Shown piece by piece: positions 62,072 to 64,000 of a DNA stretch of 64,000 nt (the first letter of the stretch is position 1; each line of letters starts with the position of its first letter). The DNA lies in the NCBI GenBank assembly GCA_026770705.1, contig JANJGN010000021.1, positions 42,966,001-43,030,000 of the forward strand, written 5' to 3'. The notes under the pieces were generated by a model. It had not been told where the DNA came from. It saw nothing but the letters and a program-made list of their open reading frames with translations, and searched no databases. The DNA comes from Isurus oxyrinchus (lineage: Eukaryota). The translations under genes were made by a program, and so were the position numbers.

Positions 62072-62740
62072 AACATATGTAGGAGCAGGAGTAGGCCACT
62101 CAGCCTCTTGAGCCTGCTCCGCCATTCATTGAGATCATGGCTGATCTGAATATAATCTCAACCCCATATTCCTGCCTACCCCTGATAACCTTTCCCCTCC
62201 TTGTTAATCAAGAATCTATCTAACTCTGCTTTAAGAATATTGAAAGACTGCTTCCATCGCATTTCAAGGATGAGAGTTCCAAAGACTCTGTGAGAGAAAA
62301 AAGCTCTCCTCATCTCTGTCTTAAATGAGTGACCCTTTATTTTTAAATACTGACCCCTAGTTCTATATTCTCCCACAAGAGGAAACATCCTCTCCACATC
62401 TGCCCGGTCAAGACCCCTCACAATCTTAAAGGTTTCAATTGAGTCACCTCGTACTCTTCTAAAATCCAATGGATACAAGCCTAACCTGTCCAGCCTTTCC
62501 TCATAAGACAACCCGCCCATTCCTGGTATTAGTCTAGTAAACCTTATGTGAACTGCTTCTAATGCATTTACATCCATCCTTAAATAAGGAGACCAGTATT
62601 GTACACAATACTTCAGATGTGGTCTCACCAGTGCCCTGTATAGCTGAATAACCTCCCTACTTTTGCAATCAATTCTCCTCACAATAAATGATAACATCCT
62701 ATTAGTTTTCCTAATTACCTGCTGTACCTGCATACTAACC
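62072..62740 (-). mobile_element. CR1 LINE 3' fragment
   Basis: ORF 62176-62733: LYRALVRPHLKYCVQYWSP. Confidence 0.9.
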
Positions 62741-63797
62741 TAATCTGTTGCCCAGATGTTTGCCCGCGTGCAGATCTCAAACACTGTGTACATGAGATGC
62801 TTCTTGTGTAAATATGCAATAGAATTAAGGAGAAAATACAACCCTCTGTAAATAAGATGTAGAATAACTAGACTACAAGGCAGCCCAACTTTATGAAGCT
62901 CTTAAATTGTATGTAAATGATTGAGAATTTAATTAACTCAACCTGACAACATATCTATGGATTTTAATACAAAATGCAGTGTAGTAGTCCTTTCATTTAC
63001 ATTCTGTAAACTAAGGAGAACTGCATTTTGCAATGTATTGTGATTTATTTCCTAAACTTAAATGTTCATAACTGTGCAGTCCTTTTATTATTTTATAGTT
63101 CATTTTTCTTTTAATGATTGTCTATAACTATGTTACAAATTATGATTACTTGTTTATTTGTATCGTCATCACAATTCGGCACCAGCTGCCATGATTACTT
63201 TTCAATAAACCAATTGTCTATCTATCTAAATACATGCATCTGGCGTGGTTCCTCGCAATCCTTCTCTAAAACCACCAAATAGAGCGAATGATCAGAGGGA
63301 TATCTATATAGCAATGCATTATGAAATATCCCTGGAGAAACAGAAAGAGTTGGAAAATGGAGCACGAAGAAGTGGCAAAATAGTGAATTAAGTCAAAAAT
63401 AAACAGCAGGAATTTGCAGCTGGTTTTGCTAAATGACTGAATACTTAGAGTCCATTTCAGACCCTACAACCAGATTATGGGGGTGGGCCTAATTATGGGC
63501 TGACTGCACAACAAATGTTTGCCTGAACACAAATCCTTCCAGGCTACTTCATTGCACATCAGATACTTTCTGAATGCTCTGAGATGTTAGTGCTGGCACC
63601 CAAAGTGCAACCTGCTGTAAATCCTGATGATTGCATCAACAGTCCCATTGCCTTTTCAAAAGAGACAACATTTGATCAGCTCCAAAAAACAAGATTGCTG
63701 GAGATGAATTCAATCTCCCTCACAGAGACACAAAGCTAGCAGGAAACAGCCATCAGTAGCCATTTCAAATTGTTATAACAGCAGGTGTGGGTCCAAG

Positions 63798-64000
63798 TTT
63801 TTCTTTATTCTTTAGTGGAGTGTGTGCATCACTGGTAAGGCCAGCATTTGTTGCTCATCCCTAATTGCACTTGAACTGAGTGGTTTACTCACCCATTTCA
63901 GAGGGCAGATAAGAGTCAACTATATTGCTGTGGGGCTGGATTCACATGTAGGTCAGGACAGCAGATTTCCTTCCCTGAAGTTCATTAGTGAACCAGATGG
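63798..64000 (-). mobile_element. SINE sharing its body with the 5' end and its tail with the 3' end of the LINE at 11471-14733; runs off the window
   Basis: Reverse complement: CCATCTGGTTCACTAATG...ACAGCAATATAGTTGACTCTTATCTGCCCTCTGAA (matches 11645-11757), then TCAAGTGCAATTAGGGATGAGCAACAAATGCTGGCC...GAATAAAGAAAAA (matches 14646-14720). Confidence 0.85.

Noticed and set aside
51336-64000. Angiopoietin exon 1, or MCPH1 exons on the plus strand
   Set aside because: No signal-peptide/NNTQWL-like exon or BRCT-like coding sequence recognised.

Overview
Eukaryotic (vertebrate) intronic DNA. The repeat content (HER1/CR1-type LINEs, DeuSINEs, Penelope-like elements) points to a cartilaginous fish; this is inference. 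The only host gene I can support is an angiopoietin (ANGPT2-like) on the minus strand. Five internal coding exons (51180-51335, 45911-46032, 38689-38921, 31922-32043, 14745-14846) have canonical AG/GT ends and compatible phases; I did not find exon 1 or exons 7-9 in the window. The introns are filled with degenerate, often nested transposons: two Gypsy LTR retroelements, solo LTRs, three two-gene PIF/Harbinger elements, many Harbinger-type MITEs with 3-bp target duplications, CR1/L2 fragments, tRNA-SINEs and Penelope-like elements (PLEs). Most notable: (1) a ~3.25-kb ORF1-less APE-RT LINE that starts with a tRNA-type Pol III promoter, is almost free of sense-strand TTTT, and shares both ends with a SINE elsewhere in the window; (2) minimal hammerhead ribozyme motifs in PLE repeats, three with a non-canonical CUGUYGA core; (3) a perfect 86-bp-arm PLE palindrome with a target duplication. 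All alignments and counts were done by eye.
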